NCBI GenBank assembly: GCA_012026655.1
Contig: JAAILG010001555.1
Location: 1-64,000, forward strand
Length of the DNA stretch: 64,000 bases
Source of the DNA: Hydrolagus affinis
Lineage: Eukaryota
Direction: 5' to 3'
Within the stretch, counting starts at the first letter, position 1. Each line of letters begins with the position of its first letter. The position numbers were made by a program, and so were the translations under genes. Shown here in pieces: positions 58,537-64,000 of the stretch. The notes beneath the pieces were generated by a model. The model did no database searches. It was given only the letters and a program-made list of their open reading frames with translations, and was not told the origin of the DNA.

Positions 58537-59817
58537 ATTAGAGCACTGTAAGCTGCAGCAATTTATAAGGTAGTAAGGTTTCATTTCTTAACATTGTGAC
58601 CCAATCTGGATCAATTTTGTGCCAGCAGAGGTTGCTGGTGGTGTTGATACGGTTCATCATTACTGCTGTCGCTGATGTTTTCTACAGCTTAACCATTAAT
58701 GAAAATACAACCACAGACAATAAAGTAGGGATAACCACAATACTACCCATCACTTCACACTTCGTGGACAGACAAACGCACAAGGAAACAGATGCACAGA
58801 AAGACACATGCATTTTTAATTGCAGTTTGAAGTCCAATATATTTTGGTAATGGGAATACTACCCAGATTTAAGCAGTGTTACTGTGAATAAATTGTATCA
58901 TGTCATTCTTTATTAGGATTCTTGATATTATTGTCTTATGTTGCCTTTTTTTTCTACAAACAGCACTTATAGGCTAATAGTATTAGCGTTGCAAATAACC
59001 ACCAGGCATGAATGAATTCCAAACCTACAGTGATTCAAATTGGATGAGTTCAGGATAATTTGATAAAAGCCTGAATTTAGTCCAGTGTGCAACCTTCCTG
59101 TTTGGATGCAACTGTGCACAAATATTGGCCAGGATTCGTCTCTCTCCAGTGGTGTTACTGCTGATTAGATTATCGTGGGATTTCAGTGGTTGCTTTGATG
59201 ATATACCCCTATTTCTAATGCCAGAAATGCAAGTTTGCATTTTCTGTAGTCATCTGAACAGAGTTATACTGCATTACTGCACAGTGACCAAAGCACCAAT
59301 TAAGTCAGTTATCGGCAGTGGAGCTAAAGCACATTTTTTCTGCATGAAATGCATAATACTCCCCATGTATTATATTATACTTAAAGTCGCTTTAAAACAC
59401 ACATTGGCTGTTTGGCCTTGTTAATTCAGTAATGTCTCAAGTGAATGCAGTGTTCATTTGGTAACAGCTGTGGGACGAGGTGGGAAAGAGACAGGGCTTC
59501 TTAAGGATGAGGAATTATCCTTTTCAGAAAATTTACAGATCAGGCACCAACTATTTGGCAGGGACAGAACACCCATGACTGCATTGTTTCCGCCTCAGCA
59601 ATGATGTGCTCAGTGACATATGCCATCAGTTACTTGCCAACTGTGCTGAAGCCCCACAAAGCAAGATTGCAACGCACCATGCAAGCACAGATCTGGAGTA
59701 CTGCAGACTTGCATGCCCGGTTACCCCACACCTGGCACAATGACCATGTATATGCCTTGTTCAATTAAACCTGTAGAAGTGTAAATCCTTTTTTCTATAT
59801 CTTTCGACGCAAAAATA

Positions 59818-60060
59818 ATTAAGAACAGGAGGAACCATTTCAGTCCATAAAAGTCTGTTCTACCAAATTTATTAGATCGTTGCAAATCTTTTCATTCCAT
59901 TTACCACTCCTTGCCTCTACACCCGTTAATGCATTGCTTCCCAAGCATCTATCTGCTTTTTAAACATACCAGTTGAATCTGTTCTTAGAACCAAAGCTGT
60001 CCTGTCATTCTATGTCCTCTTCCTACAGCTTTCATTGCTCTCAAAGATTGATTTACATTG
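59818..60060 (-). mobile_element. old CR1 3' fragment
   Basis: AAGAACAGGAGGAACCATTTCAGTCCAT...CTGTTCTACCA is an antisense CR1 tail; the continuation is diverged. Confidence 0.5.
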
Positions 60061-62094
60061 GCTTTCTACAATTGGAAGAATCTTGTTGTTCTCTGGAGAG
60101 TAATGGATCTGTGAACAGATGCATCAGCTCTTGCATCAATCAACTCTTTCAAAACAATAATTTGATGATTATCTGATTGGAAACAGTATTGTAGGGCATA
60201 GGACAGATACAAACTAAGATGGACAAATATTCCACAGGACACATTGTTCTGCTGGGGTAGATACAGACAGAGCTGGACTGGACAACATTCACCTACAAAA
60301 TAGTCAGTCACTACACCCTACAGAAAATCCTGTGCAGCTCTTTGAGATGTTTCAATGATATAAGGCGATATATCAAATGCACGGAATATTCCTTAAAAAC
60401 TTCTACATTGTCCAATCCACCTGAACTGTGAACTACGTAGGAAAGTACAGTAGGTACATGTTGTAAAGCTTGATTTAGTTCTTTGTAGTAAATTATTACA
60501 AGATGTCCAGTTAAAATCTAAACAGGATACAGTTTTTATCTACCCATAAAGTATTTTTGTGCTTTATCTAGCACCAGATTATTACTTGTAAATTTGCTCA
60601 AAATATGTAACATGAAAGTGCAGGTTCATCCCACACTTGGTTGCTCATTAAGAACACTTTGATCCCAAATGTCTTTGAAACTCCTGCTCTCATCAATAAT
60701 TCACTTACAGGTAGTTCAGTGCTGTTCTGACATGTGATCTTTGTTCACTTATAGTTGCTTCTTCGCAACTGCATTTTGAATAGAACAGGTAAAATCTCCT
60801 CCACAATAAAGGCACTTTTCTTAAGGTACAATCGAGTGAGCAGCCAGAGCAGAAATAATTATGTGGACCACAGAATGTAGTTTAGAAAAATCTATGTAAG
60901 GGAAGATTGGTGGGTTCTGAAAGTTTTGAATTGCTCTATGGATATTACAGTATTTCCATGCTTTCTGTAAATGTTCTGATCTAGTGGATGAAAGTCTTTT
61001 TGCTCTTCAGTGCCCCAACTTTGATCATGTCCTGCTATAATGAGGCAAAAAGGTGTAATATTTCCGTTTCTCTTTTGAGGCATCAAAACATAAAGTCCAG
61101 AGAAATGCACAGAATCACAGATGCATCACACTCAACGTGTAGCACAATTCTCTGTGAAATGTCTTATTTTGAGTTGAACTATACTTTAAGAATAAATAAC
61201 TCCAATCAAATTAATTTATACCTGAGAATATTATACCATACCAGGAAAATTAATAATCTAGAAAACATTTTGCTGCAACAATACAGCTAACTTTTAATTA
61301 TCATGGTAACATAGGGTTCATTTGTTAATGAATTCAGCTCACAAGTGAACACAAACCACTAACATGGACTGACAGCTTGTTAGCAATGGAAACACAGCAC
61401 AATCTTTTATTTCTGTCCCAATTGAAAAAGAAAGCAGACATGGTCAATATTAACATCTATTTTTTTTAACAGCACAACCCTGTATTTTTTGTTTGCACAA
61501 AGTTCAGGGCAGCACTAACTTATATTTTTGTGCTTCTTTAATGTAAATCACATATCTTTGTGATTTTAATTTGCCAATTAAAAGCGTGATATTTCTGTGC
61601 AATAAGAATTGTAACAAAAACAATTATAGCAAAGTAAAAAATCATGCAATTTGATATTATATCCTGGGAAGCCCTTTGAGATGGCTCGATGACGTGATGT
61701 GGCACTATTTCAAATGCAAGGATTATTAGTATTAAATCAAACAAAGGCAACATCATTCTTAATAACTAGAATATAAACTATTCCAATAGCCTACATGGCC
61801 AGAATTGGTCAGTGAAAAGATTATAAAGCTGCAGCAATATGCATGTCTGTTAATACAGGAGTATGTTTGGCAGACCAAGTCTACAGAATAATATTTAACC
61901 AAATCCTTCTGGGCTAGAATCTTACAATTCCTAAACCTTTCATCCAGTTTATGCTTTCATTATGGTTAAAGAATGGAATCATTGTCACGTTGTGACAGCA
62001 GTAATTGCAATGGCAAAGAACTTGTAAAGAGTGCACAAGTCCAAGAAGGTAACACATGTACCGGTAGTTTTTGTTGTTGTTCAGTTTTGCTGAC

Positions 62095-62330
62095 TGATCT
62101 TACAAAACAAAGAGGGACATTGGACGGAGTTCACAGAAGGGTAACAAGAACATTATGTTTCTCAAATTAATGAACTATGGAAAGACCCTAGTGTAGCTAA
62201 ATCTGTTAGGATTGGAAAAAAAGAGAAAGGGTGAAGGGAATAGATGTGAAGATTTTTTTTATGTGCAGAGGAATTGGGAATTGGGAAAAGGATTAAAAAT
62301 CAATATAAATTGGAAGTTAAACATAACCCA
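62095..62330 (+). mobile_element. CR1 RT fragment
   Basis: Encodes LDGVHRRVTR...YGKTL..LNLLGLEKKR, a decayed LExVQRRATR...YEERL..LNLFSLEKRR motif. Confidence 0.65.
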
Positions 62331-62443
62331 AAGAGTAGCTATTATACACCATTTATTACAGTGAAAGTGAATTTGGTTGTGGCATTTAAAAATATGGTTT
62401 CAATCCAGTAAGAAGGAAACAAACACAGACTTAATATTTTTAA

Positions 62444-62570
62444 CTTAGCCAGAACTGTGACAGGGTGTTACAATTGGACTGAGAATTCTAAGGCAGTCAA
62501 GGGATTGTCATGGTTTCTGCTCTTAAATGTTACCCAGTGACCCCTGCTGGAAAATGCAGATTGGATTCAT
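62444..62570 (+). mobile_element. AmnSINE2-like fragment
   Basis: GGGTGTTACAATTGGACT...ATGGTTTCTGCTCTTAAATGTTACCCAGTGACCCCTGCTGGAAAATGC is collinear with 38265-38380. Confidence 0.55.
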
Positions 62571-62956
62571 CATATTAGGCGCTGGAATTTAAGTTCATAT
62601 ATTTTGGCCAACCCCATTATTGTTCTTATTCTTAAATATTGATGCTTGTTCCTTCTAAAGCAACCGTTAGAAAAAGCTTTGGGCCAGCATTATGTGTACG
62701 ATGAGTTTCTACAACAACTCGCAAATATATGTACTAGTACCATTCACATAGAAGGGCTGATATTCATGCGTTGATGGGATTCCACCCAGTGATTTAGTGA
62801 AATGGCTTCTCATGTAGCCAGGGAAGTTTGGAGACCAATGTACTTAGCAGAAGAACAAATTAAATATTACCTGTCTCCAGCCTGTGCTATACCCCTAGCC
62901 TGGGATTCACCTGGTGCTGAAATTAAGTAAACTTTTCTGTTTTGCGGCATGGATCC

Positions 62957-63025
62957 TCTCCTCATCAACACAAGCTGAGGGTTTCATGATTTCTCCTCAA
63001 TCAACACAAGCTGAGGGTTTCATGA
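62957..63025. repeat. recent tandem duplication of about 35 bp
   Basis: TCTCCTCA(A)TCAACACAAGCTGAGGGTTTCATGA occurs twice, differing by a 1-nt indel. Confidence 0.95.
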
Positions 63026-64000
63026 CTAGTACAGGTTAAGAAAAACATGCGCTGCATTCCTATCACATTACTCCTTAAACCCTTCTGAAGTGAACTCTGT
63101 ACCCAACACCCAACTGCCCAACACGTATCCAATGCATCAATTGCACATGTTCTCCACTTATCAATAACCACTTTATCCTGGGGAGGGGGATGCAGAGGTT
63201 AGGATCAAATATTTACTAGGCTATGAACTTTTTTGAGCTGCTTGGAAGTGCACCTTGTGTGGCAGGGATCTGTTATGTCTTTTAAACGGTAAAAAAAAAC
63301 TCTGGTATGATTTCCATCAATAGGACCATTGAGTGCTGTGGCTTTCTGCAGGGTTCCCACAGCATTACCAAATTCTTATTTATGAACAAGAGAATTCAAG
63401 CTTGTTTCATATTTGTAACCACACTGTCATTACCACTGATACTATATCAACTATGATAATTACCACTGTGACTAAAAGTTAAATAGACCAGACATTTGTC
63501 TAGTCTAAGAGGAAGAATGCCAAGTTGGCTTGGGTCTCTTGCTGAAATTAGGTTCACTTTATTCAGCTTGGCTTGATTTGGCTGACTTTCATGTTAAATG
63601 TGAAAGAATTTGTGTGGTTTGGACAGAATGTGTTTGGTGCTGAAGCAGATAAAAGGCCAATGCATACGTTTCCTCAGATTGCATAAACACGAAAATTATT
63701 TGCACCAGTTGCTACAAAAACAGAGACAACTGTTGAAAAGTTAAGGATGTTGCCACGATCATGTGAGATCAGGAGTGCAATCGAACCCCAAAAAAGGAGC
63801 AACAAACCAAACAGAGAGAAGTAGGTCACTTTGGGTACAGGATTAATGTGCCAGTGTGTTTGAGTTTCATTTTTGTCATTGCCGTCCCCTCCTATAACAG
63901 TTCCCATGAGCAGAAATCCTTACCTCCTGCAATCTCAGAACTTGCACATATGCTTGTCAGCATTACAGTTTGCCTGCCTGAGGGGTTAAACAATTACTCT

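Noticed and set aside
62121-62142. TGGACGGAGTTCACAGAAGGGT resembles miR-184 at both ends
   Set aside because: The middle 7 nt differ, no complementary star arm is present, and the sequence is a CR1 RT motif (LDGVHRRV).
58485-63025. Short direct repeats as a possible CRISPR-like array
   Set aside because: The context is eukaryotic, and the repeats are tandem without unique spacers.

Overview
This 64-kb window is AT-rich, non-coding vertebrate DNA, either intergenic or inside a large intron. I recognise no host protein-coding exon, rRNA, true tRNA or CRISPR array, and the listed ORFs are chance frames or read through transposon relics. The repeats are tRNA-headed SINEs with a Deu-domain body and (ATT)n tail, L2 and CR1 LINE fragments, LF-SINE-like and AmnSINE2-like relics, hAT MITEs, Helitron ends and a Penelope-like end. 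This repertoire suggests a cartilaginous fish, possibly a chimaera such as Callorhinchus (inference only). Family names come from my recall of consensus sequences, not from a database search, and boundaries of old repeats are approximate. The most notable items are: a young chimeric SINE (tRNA head + truncated CORE-like + Deu 3' part + L2-type tail) with two subfamilies; an LF-SINE-like copy; a short Helitron with a duplicated 5' end; several nested insertions; recurrent tail-to-tail L2/SINE pairs able to fold back; a perfect 21-bp palindrome; and a few weak candidate micro-exons and enhancer/CTCF motifs. I found no evidence for a novel multi-gene system. A 100-N assembly gap lies at 29368-29467.
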